Positions 46,650-59,196 are shown, counted from the first letter of the stretch. The stretch is DNA of 64,000 nucleotides from Caecitellus pseudoparvulus (GCA_965644315.1 CBFFRQ010000013.1:682001-746000); one strand, 5' to 3'. Numbers and translations: made by a program. Notes: generated by a model not told the origin, from the letters alone.

Positions 46650-49600
46650 ATGACCAGCCTGTACCACAAGCTGCCATTCTACTCCTCACAAGAAGTGGAC
46701 CTGATCGTCAAGGTCTTCATTTCTCACCTGCACTTGAAGGCTCGGCAGGCGACGCCGCCGGCAGCTGAAGCGTGGTATGTCCAGGTGCGCCTCATCAGCA
46801 GTGGCTTGGTGGTGGGGGACGCAGCTGTCTGCACCGGCCTGGCACACGTGCATGCCGGAAGTGTTTCATGGCAAGAATGGCTGTCTTTGCCCATCAAGTA
46901 CAAAGACCTGCAGCGGGGTGATCAGATGGTGAGTCCAGCGTGCTGCGCGGAATTTGCTTCCTGCACCGTCTGCCACGCCCATGCACAGGAGGTCACCATC
47001 TGCACTGTGGACCACAAGCCACTGCACAGCACCTGCATCCGGCTAGACGACACCTGTCAGAGAGTGAAGCAGGGCGTGCAGTGCCTGAGCATGTGGCCGT
47101 TGCATGGCAGTTCCCAGGCGCCCAAGCCAAGTCCTGTTGCTGTGCAGCCTCAAGTGGCAGCGCGCAAGCAGTTGGAATCATACATGCGAAGTCAGACGGA
47201 ACACATTCCCTGGCTTGATCGTCTGTCTGTGCCTGTGCTGATGCAGGAGGCAACTGTGGGTGCTGCGTCGTGTGGCTCTAGCTCACACTTGCCAGTGCTG
47301 GAGATCCAGCTGCCGACCTTTCCTTTCCCCATGGTGCTGGAGGCGACGCTCTACGAAGAGCACAAGGGTCTTCCTCAGGCTCACCCTTCAGGTGCATTGG
47401 ACGGCACTGCTCTGTCAGCGCTGCTGAAGCCCCCCACATCGTCCAGTGCAGCTGGGGCACTGCGGGGGCAGGTGCCAACAACAGTTCCAATCTTCACCCC
47501 TGACGCAAACCTGGTGTGGGGAAGGCATGCAGCAGTCATCATTGACCCCGAAGATGGATTGAAGAACCCTTCAGAAGACATGCACAGTCTTGTCAGCGTG
47601 GGCACCCAAGCGGATGCCGCCGACAAGGAGCGACGCCCCAACGCTGAGCAACTCAGCAAGATCCGCCTCTTGCTGCAGTCGCCATCCTACACCCTCCCCG
47701 CTGATGGCGCACTGCTGCTCTGGCGGTATCGGTACGCCCTCACCCAGGACCCGCGTGCCCTGGCGAAGTTCCTTGTCAGCGTGAATTGGAAGGTGGCCGC
47801 CCAAGCTGCTATTGCGGTCAGCATGCTGCCGCAGTGGGCAGCCATTGACACGACAGATGCGCTGCGTCTTCTGTTTCCCGATTTAACTCACTGGGCAGTG
47901 CGGGAGCATGCCGTTGCCGCCCTGCGACAGGCCTCCGAAGAAGACTTGGAGCTGTACCTACTGCAACTGGTTCAAGCGCTGCGGTACGAGCCTGGGCTCG
48001 ACCGGCGAAGCAGTCGCATCATCAGCGATGCCCAGCGACTGTTCCTATCACGCCAAGGAGCGAAGGGGACTGAAGCACTGCCCCCACCGCCGTCAGGCCC
48101 ACTTTGGCCTGCGTGGTGCAGTGCGGTGTCAGATGCTGCTGTCCGCCTTGCGCGAGGGGACGTCTCCCCTGGAACCCCCTCCCCCGCGCGATACATGCTG
48201 TCCCCACTGGCTGACTTCCTCGTGGACAGGGCAGGGCGATCGCTTTCCCTGGCTTCCTGCTTTCACTGGTACTTGACAGTGGAGTGTGAGGACGTGGCGC
48301 ACGGCAAGACGTTCCAAGTGGTGCTGGCCTTGCTGCACGACATGGCCCGACGCATCCCCGACGACAAGCCGCTTGCTGCCGCGGGCGGAGGCAGCGCTGC
48401 TCCTGCTACGGCAGAGACTTCCACAGTGGGTCAAGCTGTTCAGCGCATGCTCGTGCGGCAGGTGCGCCTTGTGCACGTGCTCAAACAGGTTTGTGAAATT
48501 GCCAAAGGAAGGGGCAACATCGAGACGAAGAAAGCAACTCTCCGAGCGGCAGTGGCCGTCGGGGGCTCTCATGCCCAGCTGAGCGATCTGTGCAGTCCTC
48601 AGTGGCAAGTGGGAGACCAGCCCGCGGGTGCCCTTCCTTTGCCACTGGACCCCGAGAAACGAGCCACAGCAATCATTCCTGGCGGCTGCACAATTTTCCA
48701 GTCATCGGTGTACCCTGTCCGTCTTCAGTTTGAGCTCGAGCTGCCCCATGGCAGCCGACCTGTGCCCAAGTCCCCGGCTGCAGCGGGCGACTCTCCCACG
48801 ACTGCATCCGGTGAGCGGGCAGTGGAGCCCCCTTCGTTTTTCCTCATGTTCAAGCTTGGTGACGACTTGCGGCAAGACCAGCTCATCATTCAGATGATCC
48901 GCCTGATGGACACGCTGTGGCGCAGAGTGAACTTGAACCTGCAGCTGACCCCATATCGCGTGCTTGCCACGAGCCCGGACACAGGAATGATGGAGTTTGT
49001 GCAGGGCTCGACGGCTGTGGAGCGCATCAAGTCCAACATCCTCGCCTACTTTCGCAGCAGCAGCCCCGACGATGCAGCCCCACACGGCGTGTCGCCCACA
49101 GTCATGGACACCTATGTCAAGTCATGTGCTGGGTACTGTGTCATTACGTACTTGCTCGGGGTGGGTGACCGCCACTACGACAACTTAATGCTGCAACCCA
49201 GCGGGCACTTCTTCCATGTCGACTTTGGCTTCATTTTCGGCGCCGATCCCAAGCCCATGCCTCCTCCGGTTCGTACAAGCCTGTCCATGGTGCGCCCAGG
49301 AGCAGTACTGCCCACGCCCATCACCCCGCTCTCGCCCGCAGATGAAAATTACCAAGCAGATGATCGAAGGGATGGGGGGAGTGGACAGCGCCAATTACAT
49401 GGCGTTCCGTGGCTTTGCCAGCCAAGCCTACAACATCATTCGCAAGCATGCAACTCTTGTCATGAACTTGCTGCACCTTATGCGGGACGCAGGCTTGGAA
49501 AACATGGGCCCGAATCCAGAGGTGCGTGAGCGACTGCGAGTGCACCGCCGAGCTTTGCGCCCACTACGAGCGCTGGTCACTGCTTCGTCCCCCGTCGCAG

Positions 49601-49753
49601 GCCACGCTAGCTGCGCTTCAGGCAAAGTTTCGGCTTGAAGCCGACGACGAGACTGCTGAGCGTGCTTTCTTGAAGCTCATTGACGAATCCGTGGCAGCCT
49701 TGGCTCCTCAGTTCTCAGACTACATTCATACCATCGCCACACGACTCCGTTGA
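46650..49753 (+). CDS. VPS34: Phosphatidylinositol 3-kinase class III
   Basis: C2 domain (WQEWLSLPIKYKDL), helical domain (LYLLQLVQALRYE), kinase (FKLGDDLRQDQL, SCAGYCVITYLLGVGDRH.DN, HVDFGFIFG.DPKP). Introns 46929-46988, 49269-49341, 49522-49600. Confidence 0.93.
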
Positions 49754-52700
49754 GCACGGTAGCCGGGCCCCCGCAAGCCAGGCGCAGAATTCGCGCAGGG
49801 CCGCGATTCGCTCAGACATCGCAGCCGTCACTGCTACCACGGCCTGTGCCTTTTCTGCGGCGCGCCCCACAAAGTCAATTACCCCTTCAGGATGCAGGAC
49901 GTCAATGGTCGGCCCAGCTACCCCTTCTGCTGCACATGCAGGATCGCACACCACCGCAGTCAGGGCACCACTGCTGGGCTCCATGGCCACAGCCCCCCCA
50001 ACACTTCTCCATGCTGCTTCGGCCTGCAGTGTCTTCAAGGCCTTTGTCCGCAAGTCTCCGGATACGGGCTCCCGCCTCAAGGCACTGGCCGCCGCCGCGG
50101 GTCCACTTCCTGGTGCGGCATGCCGGTCAAAGTAGAGGACATGCCCAGACCAGCTCAAGCACGTGGCCACAGAAAACACTGCGGCTGCGATTTCTGGTGC
50201 AACAGACTCCAGAACATGCTTTGGGAGGTGCCGTTGTATGCCTTGCGTGTCTGGGGCAGAGGAAGCAAGATTTAGGATGGCGTCAGAACGGTGCGCCCCG
50301 GCCGGTGGCAGCAACGTGCTTGCACAGAATCGATCCCACACTGCTGTTGCCTCAGCATCTTCCATTTGCCTGTGCCAAACAGCTCCCGTGATGGTGTCCC
50401 CGATGGCTGCCATGCGGCGCCGCGTGCTGGGTGCAAAATAGATGCCGTGGCAAGGCTCGATTGGCTGCAGCTCACGTGCCGTGCGACATCTTGCCAGCCA
50501 GGTGGGGAAGAGAATATCAACCCGAGCCAGCTGAACGTACGCCTTGATGGCCGCGATGCTGTGGGCGGCGGGGGGCACAAGAACGAAGCATTTATCGGGG
50601 ATTCGCCGTGGCATTGTGGTCAGCACGGCGCCACCCAAGTCCGTTACTGCTTGTTGCACAGCCTTGGCGCTCTGCATGCCAGGGGCGCCAGTTGATTGCC
50701 AATACCCGGGCTGTACATAAGGGACAACAACAGTGTACCCTTGCAACAGTTGGGCCTCTGCACCGCCGGTTTGTGGGACCAGGCCCAGTGGGCGCATATC
50801 GGCTGGAACTCCCCTTGAGCCGGCTCCTTGCCTTCGGGCGGATTTTAATGCCGGGTTGTGTGTGGAAGACGCCCCCCGACTGCGTTTCCTGGGTTCATCC
50901 GGCGACTTTCTCCGCAGCATGCCGTTGTTGGAGCGGAGAAGCGCCTGCACCTCCTGCCAGGAATTCACCTCTTGCGGCATCTTGTCCCTGCGAATGCGTA
51001 GGACGCGGGGGAAGCGCAGAGACACTCCAGCGGGATACTTTCCCTTCACGTCTCGGAGGAACTGCGCGCCAATCACTTCAAACACCACCGAGCGGGTGGG
51101 GTCGAGCAGCACGTCAGGCAGCATGTCAGACTTGGGCTCCCACGACTCTCCAAAGATATCCCGAGGGAAGACACACGGGGCAGGGCTTGCTGACTCAGTC
51201 GAGTGCTTTGACGTCTGGGAGGGTTTGTAGGGTGCGGCATGCGGCACCGGCGTGCTGATGCTGGTAAAGTGTGGTAGCAGCTCTCGCAACTCATCAAGGG
51301 AGTACCCCGTGCCAACTTTCGCGACCACTCGCCACCGAGTGGGCATCTGGGCAACGACAGGAGAGGTGCTGCCATGCCCCATGACACTTGTTGCCACTGT
51401 TGGGGCTGAGTCATCCCTCACCGCAAGGAGGAAGTGAGAGAGGAGCTTCGTCCGCCGGTGTCCTTCACCGAAGAAGCCAGCCACAGCCACCATGTCCATG
51501 CTGTCGTAGAACCCAGCCATATATTCCGGCTTCACTTTCAGCCACCCAGCTGCCTTGCGCCCATCGCAAACATAGGGTGCATCCACTGACTTGACGACGA
51601 GGCCCTCACCGTGCTGCTGCATGACTTTCTGGAAGGCACCTCGCAATGCTCGCCACCTTGTCGAGACAGAGCCAGCTGGGAGGAGCTGTACAGGGTGGAC
51701 TTCCAGCCGCTGTGGGAGGGGCATGCCTGGTGCGCAGGCCACTTGCAAGGTGGACCCGCAGAGTAGGCCAACCAGTAGCTTCCGGCGCTGCAACAAGGGC
51801 AGATGTGCGATGCACCCATCATATCCAGGGTGCTGCGCCCAAGCCTGGAGGAAGAGCAAGTCAAAGACCCGGTACATGATGCGGATGGAAGGCAACGCAC
51901 CACCATCACTCCTTGCACGCAGTTCTTCCTCCGCGTGGGACAGGTTGTACCCAAAGGGTGCCATGCGCTGCTGGGCAGTGTCCCATGCGACCACTTCACC
52001 ATCCAGAACAACCGACACCCCATCCGGTACAACTGCTTCAATGTACGGACGTAAAACTGCCAGTAATTTTGGCCGCGGGTTCCCTCGTCGAGAGAGAAGA
52101 CTGACACTCTGCACACCTCTGTCCCACTGCACGTGGATGAGTGCTCGCTCCCCGTCCAGCTTCTCCTCAATGAAGGCCATGCAGCCCGCCAGCACCACCT
52201 GCGAGGCACCGTACATTACATCTGCATCGAGGCGCTCGCACTTTTGCGGCAAGAACGCGCGTCCCACCGTGAGCTCTGGGTTCAGTGTTACGAGGGGATT
52301 CCTGAGCTGTGGCATGCCCAGCAACGTCTGGAGAGAGCCGCAGGTCTTGTGGGCTTTGTTCGCACTTGGGTGCAGCCAGCGCAGGAAGTTGGCCGTGCGC
52401 ACTCGAAGGTTCATGCCATGCTTGAGGATGATTCGAATGAGCCACTTGATCTCTAGCGGGCTACATCGGAAGAGCAGCTGAAGCATGATTGACTTCTGTG
52501 CTGCTTGGTCGCCTGCTGCAGCGGCCAGTTGGTCCAGGGCGGCGTTGACCTCTTGCAGTGTCATGCTCGTGCCCCCACTTCCAGTCGCAAGGCTGTGTCC
52601 AGACACTAGCACATCGTACACCACATCGGCCAGCTCTCCGTGCACGTCGTGCCCGGCAAAACGGCGCTGCGAGGTGGGTGGCGACGGTTCGTTTCCATGA

Positions 52701-53169
52701 ACGCCGTCTGACGCTTGCAGGAGGGTCGTACCCACCTTGTAGTGTTTCACACGCCTACTAGGCTCGCTGTCTGCACTCCACCCCATGCGGTTCACGATCA
52801 AGCTGCAAGGGTCCAGAGCTGTGCCGTGGCGCAGCACCAGACAAACAGTGCTTGCTGACTCACCCTGCAAGTTTCACTTCTTTCAGCCCATACATGCGCT
52901 CATCATCAGCTCCAGGTAAGACAAGCCGGATGTATGGAAAGATGTCGACCCCACTCTGCGGAACCAAGTCAAGGGGAAGCAAACGTGTACGCCATGTGGT
53001 GCTGAAACGCAGCCGAAACCCAGCTCACTTGAAAGGCCTCCTTGAGTTTCGGAGTGAACAATGCCGCAGCTCGCTCAACCCCTGACTTGGATGAGCCTTC
53101 AATCCTTTGCATGAGTGCCGCTAGAGCAGAGAAAGGCATGCTTTCGAGCGCCTGCTGAGGTGCAGCCAT
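49715..53169 (-). CDS. LIG4: DNA ligase IV
   Basis: FPYIRLVLP..ER.YGLKE, EIKWLIRIILK, adenylation motif EEKLDGER, EGLVVK, WLKVKPEY, KVGTGYS, LRFPR..IR.DK and a BRCT-like C-terminus. Two 5' introns. Confidence 0.9.
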
Positions 53170-53266
53170 GCCTGGCACACGTAAACACGCTCGCTCGGCA
53201 GCATGTGAGCTTCGGTGTCGCGGTCTGGTAAGGGAGAAGCAAGGCGAGGCTGGGAGAGTCGATGCA

Positions 53267-54766
53267 TTACTCCTCACTGCCTGATGCAGCCACTTCATGT
53301 GGTGAGGTATGTTGTCCGGAGGCAACTGCATGTATGTCCTCACTGTGGCTGTCGGAGGCTTCTGCAGATTGAGCCTCTCTGGATCGTCCGGGAGCCCGTT
53401 TCAGACTGCGGAGCCACCTGAATGTCAGCGTATGGGAATCTCGCGGGGATTTCTCTCCTTCGCGCACTGACATGCCGTATAGTTCCGGCAGGTCAGCCTG
53501 CCACGCGAACAGCGCCGAACCCGAGCTCAAGTGCGCCCCGAAAGAGTTCAGCTCCAAGAGCCGGACAGCAAAGACGTCAGGGTCACAGGAGGAGATAGAC
53601 TGGTGCGTGTCTAGCAGGCGGCCCTCCTTCACAGGCAGCACCACCACATCCATGACGTATGAGTCCAAGGCAAAGCTGACATGGTCCAGGCGAGGACGCA
53701 GCCACGAGCGTTGAAATGCCGCGACAGCACGTGCCAGGGCGACCTTGCGAGGCCCCGACAAGCACCTCAGCCAGGTGAAGGGGGTGAACCAAGTGTTCTG
53801 GCTGACAGCCGTCACGTGGCCATCTCTGACAAAGCATCTAAACTCACACTCTGGTCGGATCAACGGTGACCACTCTTGCAGAATGAGGGTCGGCGACGAC
53901 AGCGGGTACAGCCCCTTGCAGTGCCCAGGGAAGCGGGCATGCAGTGGAGCCTGGTGGTACACGTGGTGTGGGAGCTGAGGACCAGCTCCCTCTCCTCCGG
54001 AAAGGAAGGCCTCCCGTGCAGTGCTCGGTTTGCTGCGGGTGAATCGCCTCATGGCGCTGGTCACTCTGCTGGACGTCACCATCGCCTCACAGAGCCTCGC
54101 AGCATCGGCGGCAGTGGCGTGGTACGGACCAGCTCCGGGTGGAACACCGTCCTTTGGTGAACAAGCGGCGGTGCGGGCAAACAGGGCGCGCTGGCCAGCT
54201 TTGCCGCCACAGTCTGCCAGGAAGTCTTGCATACGGGAGTGCAGCCAGCTGGTGACGCTCTCCAGCTCGTCAGACATGTGTCGCGGGGCCCGGCGAGTGA
54301 GCACACCACTCTGCGCCCCTTGAACGAGCCACTTTGCATACTGAAGAGGGATGGGGTAGATGCCTGCCTGTGGCTCCACAGGGCCCCAGAAGCACTCAAA
54401 ATGGTCAGCATCCTCTGCTGGGAGCTGGCCAGGCGGGTCCACGGTACAAGCCAGCGCTTGGCCAAACAAGGGCCAGGCGACCATGTCAGTGTCAGCAATG
54501 TAATCTTCAAAAGTGAACCCTGGTGGGGCCAGCTCATAGCAGTTGTTGGTGTTCACAGACTCCGTCCACGTGCCGTCAGTGTTGTCGGCTTCCACTGCCT
54601 GCACTGCCACGTCAACCCGAGAACCAGAACTTTCTGAGGCCTGGGCGCCCAGTGAGGCAGCTGGCTGCCCACCCAGTGTTGTCGGAAACAGGAAGGGAAA
54701 CTGTGCGCCGCAGGTCACGCGCTGCTCTGCTCGAGCTTCGGTGCAGGCGCCAGTCGCAGCTGCCAT
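53267..54766 (-). CDS. Cdc123/D123-related (R2K clade) ATP-grasp protein
   Basis: FAR...SPKD, SSRV, L.LQEW, EFRCFV....TAVSQ, YVMDV, LLELNSFG, GSALF.W. Confidence 0.75.
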   Translation of the reverse strand: MAAATGACTEARAEQRVTCGAQFPFLFPTTLGGQPAASLGAQASESSGSRVDVAVQAVEADNTDGTWTESVNTNNCYELAPPGFTFEDYIADTDMVAWPLFGQALACTVDPPGQLPAEDADHFECFWGPVEPQAGIYPIPLQYAKWLVQGAQSGVLTRRAPRHMSDELESVTSWLHSRMQDFLADCGGKAGQRALFARTAACSPKDGVPPGAGPYHATAADAARLCEAMVTSSRVTSAMRRFTRSKPSTAREAFLSGGEGAGPQLPHHVYHQAPLHARFPGHCKGLYPLSSPTLILQEWSPLIRPECEFRCFVRDGHVTAVSQNTWFTPFTWLRCLSGPRKVALARAVAAFQRSWLRPRLDHVSFALDSYVMDVVVLPVKEGRLLDTHQSISSCDPDVFAVRLLELNSFGAHLSSGSALFAWQADLPELYGMSVREGEKSPRDSHTLTFRWLRSLKRAPGRSREAQSAEASDSHSEDIHAVASGQHTSPHEVAASGSEE

Positions 54767-55143
54767 ATCGCGCGGCTTGAGATGAAGCTGCTCCCGGCAA
54801 GACTGCAACGATGGGGAAGGGTGCCAGTGTGGAGTCAAAGCAGCGAGTGAACAGCCAGAGCAGCGACGCGAGACCATGAGCGGCGGTGCAGGTTGCACCC
54901 ATGCACGTGGAAAGTGGACCGTTCAGTCTGGTGCCAGGTTGACCAGGCTCTGCTGCAGTTGGCAAGGGGGGGGGGGCATGCTGCCCAGCTTCTCTATCCG
55001 CCATGCGCCTCCAAACAAAGTTCAGTGCACCGCAGACAAGGTGGAGGAATCAAATTGAAGAGTAGCCTTGAATTCACTCACCCCGGGTGGCGCACAGCCA
55101 CGCTGCAGGCTCGCAGGCGCTGACACGCCAGGGGCAGTGCGCC

Positions 55144-56716
55144 ATGGACAACGCGGCCATGTTTCGGCAAGCGTGCGAGATCGTGAAGGAGGCGATTGAC
55201 GCAGACAATGCCAAGGACTACAGGCGTGCTTTTAACCAATACCAGAAAGCGCTGACGTACTTTGTGCACGTGGTGAAGTGTAAGGAGCGCCGAAGGCGGC
55301 CAGGTGGAGCTCTCGTGAAACGCCAGCGCAACGCGCCCCTGTGCGCAGTTGAAGCCAACCCCCAGGTGAAGGCGACGATCCAGGTCAAGATCGGGGAATA
55401 CTTTGACCGTGCGGAGGAGCTGAAGAAGATGCTTGATGGTACTTCTGGCGGCGCGGGGGGCGCGTCAGGGGGAACGGCGGCCATGCAGGGTGAGGCTGGG
55501 ATGCTTCCCGGCAACTTCCTGTGTCGGAGTCTCACGACCCTTCCCCCCCACACGCGTACCACCCACAGGTGAGCCGGAAGATAAGGACACAGAAAAGAAG
55601 AAGCTCCAGGGGGCCCTGTCAGGTGTGTATTCAGTGCATTCGTCCATTGGCTCTCCGCTTGTGTCAGTGTCCGCCAATTCTGATGCTCACGCAGGTGCCA
55701 TTCTAAGCGAGAAGCCAAACGTCCGGTGGAGTGACGTGGCAGGGCTAGAAGGAGCCAAGGAGGCTTTGCAAGAAGCTGTGTTGATGCCAGTCAAGTTTCC
55801 CCAGCTGTTCACAGGCAAGCGGCGACCATGGAAAGGCATCCTGCTGTATGGTCCGCCGGGAACAGGCAAGTCGTACCTTGCGAAGGCGGTGGCGACAGAA
55901 GCGGACAGCACGTTCTTCAGCGTGTCGTCCTCGGACCTGGTGTCAAAGTGGCAGGGCGAGAGCGAGCGTCTGGTGCGCTCCCTCTTTGAGATGGCCCGAG
56001 AGCGCAAGCCAGCCATCATCTTCATTGACGAGATTGACTCCCTGTGCTCGTCCCGGTCTGAGGGCGAGAACGACGCCTCCCGCCGCATCAAGACAGAGTT
56101 CTTGGTGCAGATGCAGGGTGTGGGGCATACACATGACGGCATCTTGGTCCTGGGGGCGACGAACACGCCATGGGAGATTGACGCGGCCATGCGCCGGCGG
56201 TTTGAGAAGCGAGTGTACATTCCGTTGCCAGGAGCCCACGCCCGGGCGCGCATGTTTAAGATTCACCTAGGTGACACGCCGAACAACCTCACTGCGGACG
56301 ACTACCGCACCCTGGGTGGCTTGACAGAGGGCTTCTCCGGCTCCGACATCTCAGTCATGGTGCGGCAGGCTCTCATGGAGCCCCTTCGAAAGTGCCGCAC
56401 AGCCAAGTACTTCAAGCGCGAGACGCCTGCTGCACCTGGCCAGCCTGCTCGGTATTTTCCCATCATGCTGGATCCGCCCTGTCACAGGTGTGTCCCCGAC
56501 TTGAAGGCGGCGCCGGCACCCAGGCGCGTCCCTTGCCCCCACTGTGGCTGCGAGCGTCTGGACCTGTTTAGTTTGAGTTCAGAGGAGCTGAGGGTGCCAG
56601 ACATCACCATGGACGACTTTTTGCACGTAGCCAAGTCTTCCAAGACCTCCGTCGCCTCGGAGGAGCTTACACGCTTCGTCGAGTGGACCACAGAGTTCGG
56701 CGAGGAAGGCCAATGA
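55144..56716 (+). CDS. VPS4: Vacuolar protein sorting AAA ATPase VPS4
   Basis: MIT domain, [53 protein letters not shown]. Introns 55280-55348, 55490-55568, 55623-55694. Confidence 0.95.
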
Positions 56717-56913
56717 GTTGGGGGGGCCAACCCCCCCTCCCGTGTTGACTCTCGCATTGCCCTTGGCAAACACAATTCCAAACTATCGACCACAACCTCC
56801 AATTCAACCTCTCCATCTACCCAAGCTGTGAGAAGCACTGCTGCATTGCAACCCCGCTTCCCGAGGCACTTGACATCCCTCGTCAACGCTGCGCAGGCCT
56901 CAAGGCACGGACC

Positions 56914-58227
56914 ATGTATTTTGCGCGGGGCAAACGCATCGCAGCTCCGCTCACACTGCTCTTGACAGCAGCCTCAGTGCTGCGACCTACTCTCTGTTCT
57001 ACCATCTCCTCCACTGCTGCGATGGCTGCTCAAGCTGCCGCTGACTCTGCATCCCGCGAAGCGGCTGTGACTGCTTCAGGTGACGTGGCCACCAAGGCGG
57101 AAGCCTCATGCATCGTTGATGTCACGGACTTCACAGAGCCAACACTGAAACAGTCCAGAGTGATCACCCTTGACGTGGAGAGCAAGTGGCAGGGTGAGGG
57201 CGTCGGCGCCAAGTGAGTGTCTGCGGAATTTGCTACGTCATCCGGAAGCCTGCACTAGTTTCCGGACACGCCTTCGTGAGACCAAGCAGCACAAACACGG
57301 CAGCACTGCACCCAATCTTCCTCCATTCCCAGAGTACGTCGCTCCATCGGGAGGGCTGAACTCCGGAACCTCGATCCATTCCTCATGCTTGACGAATTCA
57401 GCGTGAAGAAGCCAGCTGGGTTTCCGGACCATCCCCACCGCGTGAGTGCGCAGCAACGAAGCACCCGCCGCGTGGCCACGCCGCTCACTTTGGTCTTCAC
57501 GTGCTCGTAACGTCGCCCACATCCACAGGGTTTTGAGACCGTGACGTACATGCTGACTGGCAAGTTTACCCACGAGGACTTCAAGGGTCACCATGGCACG
57601 ATCGGGCCAGGGGACTTGCAGTGGATGACCGCAGGGCGTGGCATCATGCACAGCGAAGTGCCCGCTGATGACAGCACATCTCACGGCTTGCAGTTGTGGG
57701 TGAACCTCGCTGCCAAAGACAAGATGGTGGAGCCGGCATACCAGGAGCTGTCTGCGAAGGACATCCCCAAGCGTCGCTTCAACGGTGTGGTGGCCAACGT
57801 CATTGCAGGGGAGGCATTCGGCACGAAGAGCCCCGTGTACACCCGAACCCCCACCATGTACCTGGACTTCGACATGGAGGGCGGCAGCACGCTGAACCAG
57901 CCCATCCCCACCGGCTGGAACGGCTTCGTGTACGTTCTCACCGGTAGCGCCAAGTTCAACGGCAAGGTGGGGGAGGCCCACCACACGCTGGTGCTGAGCA
58001 ACGAAGGCACAGAAGATGGCATCTCCGTCACCACTGATGCGGGCACTCCCTGCCGCTTTGCGCTCATTTGCGGCCAGCCGCTGGACGAGCCCATCGTTCA
58101 ACACGGACCCTTCGTCATGAACACCCGTGATGAGATCATGCAGGCCATGATGGACTTCCGGTCCGGCAAGAATGGCTTCGAAGGTGCTGCGGAGTGGTCC
58201 TCCGAGGGCAGCAAGTCCTTTCGGTGA
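56914..58227 (+). CDS. PIR: Pirin (bicupin)
   Basis: EGVGAKVRRSIG, DPFLMLDEF, FPDHPHRGFETVTY, QWMTAGRGIMHSE, LQLWVNL, GPFVMNT. Introns 57213-57332 and 57442-57528. Alternative start at 57022. Confidence 0.9.
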
Positions 58228-58386
58228 ACACGTTCACATCTCGAGCCAGGCAAGGTTCGCAGCTCGCGGCTGCCAGCAATGCATGCATGTGTCCACTTCA
58301 CAAACCCGGGGCCATAGTCTGTCTCTTGCTTGGTAATGTTCGCGATTCGGCTCCTCCGCTTCATTCTCGCTGCCTGGCCTGGAAGA

Positions 58387-59191
58387 ATGCTGCGCTTTGC
58401 ACGTCGTGCTGCAAGGTTGAGCGGCCACGCGCCGCCGGCCCTTTCTTTCGCTGCAGCCCTCCCAACTCTATCATGCGCACGTCAAGTCCTTTCGACGAAT
58501 ACCGCTGCCACAGAGCTGGCCCTCCCTGCCGCTCGCGGGGAGCTCACCGCGGACCAGGAGAAGGAGCTGGGCGAGCGCCTCCAGGCCATGGAAGCCAAGG
58601 CCATGGAGCCACAGACCGAAGCCCAGCGGAACCAGGCCGTTGGAGCCCAAGTATCTGAAGAACTTCTGCGTGCGGGTTTGTTTGTCGAGGACGTCGTTCA
58701 AGGGGAAGGTCCCGCTGCAGAGCTTGGTGTGTCCAGGGTTTCAGTGGCGTTTCAAGTGCACGCAACACATGCAGTGTGCCGCCGCTTGCTATGACGTGTG
58801 CAGGGCAATGGGTATCTATCCAGGTTCATGGCGAGCTTCAAGATGGGACGGTGTTTGAAGACTCGTCTGCGTCTGGTAAGAGCCTCAGCTTTCAGCTAGG
58901 ATCCGGACAAGTCATCCTCGGTATGGATGGTGGAGTGGCTGGCATGCGCGTTGGCGGGACTCGAGTGCTGAATGTTCCACCGCACCTCGGGTATGGATTC
59001 AAGCGGGTCGGAGACATTCCACCCAACTCAGTGCGTCGAGAAGGTGCAGCCCCGTACCTGGGCGAACTGCACTGTGTCCTTCCCACCACCCGCAGGACCT
59101 CACCTTCACCGTGAAGCTTGTGGGTGTCGGTGAGCAAGCCGAGCCAAAGAGCCGCCCTTGGTACGCTGGCCTATTGGAGGTGTTCCAATGA
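58387..59191 (+). CDS. FKBP-type peptidyl-prolyl isomerase, probably mitochondrial
   Basis: G.L.DGTVF, F.LG.GQVI.G...V.GM.VGG.R.L.VPP.LGYG, IPPNS/DLTF.V.L and an Arg-rich transit-like N-terminus. Introns 58728-58803 and 59031-59095. Confidence 0.85.
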
Positions 59192-59196
59192 GTTCA

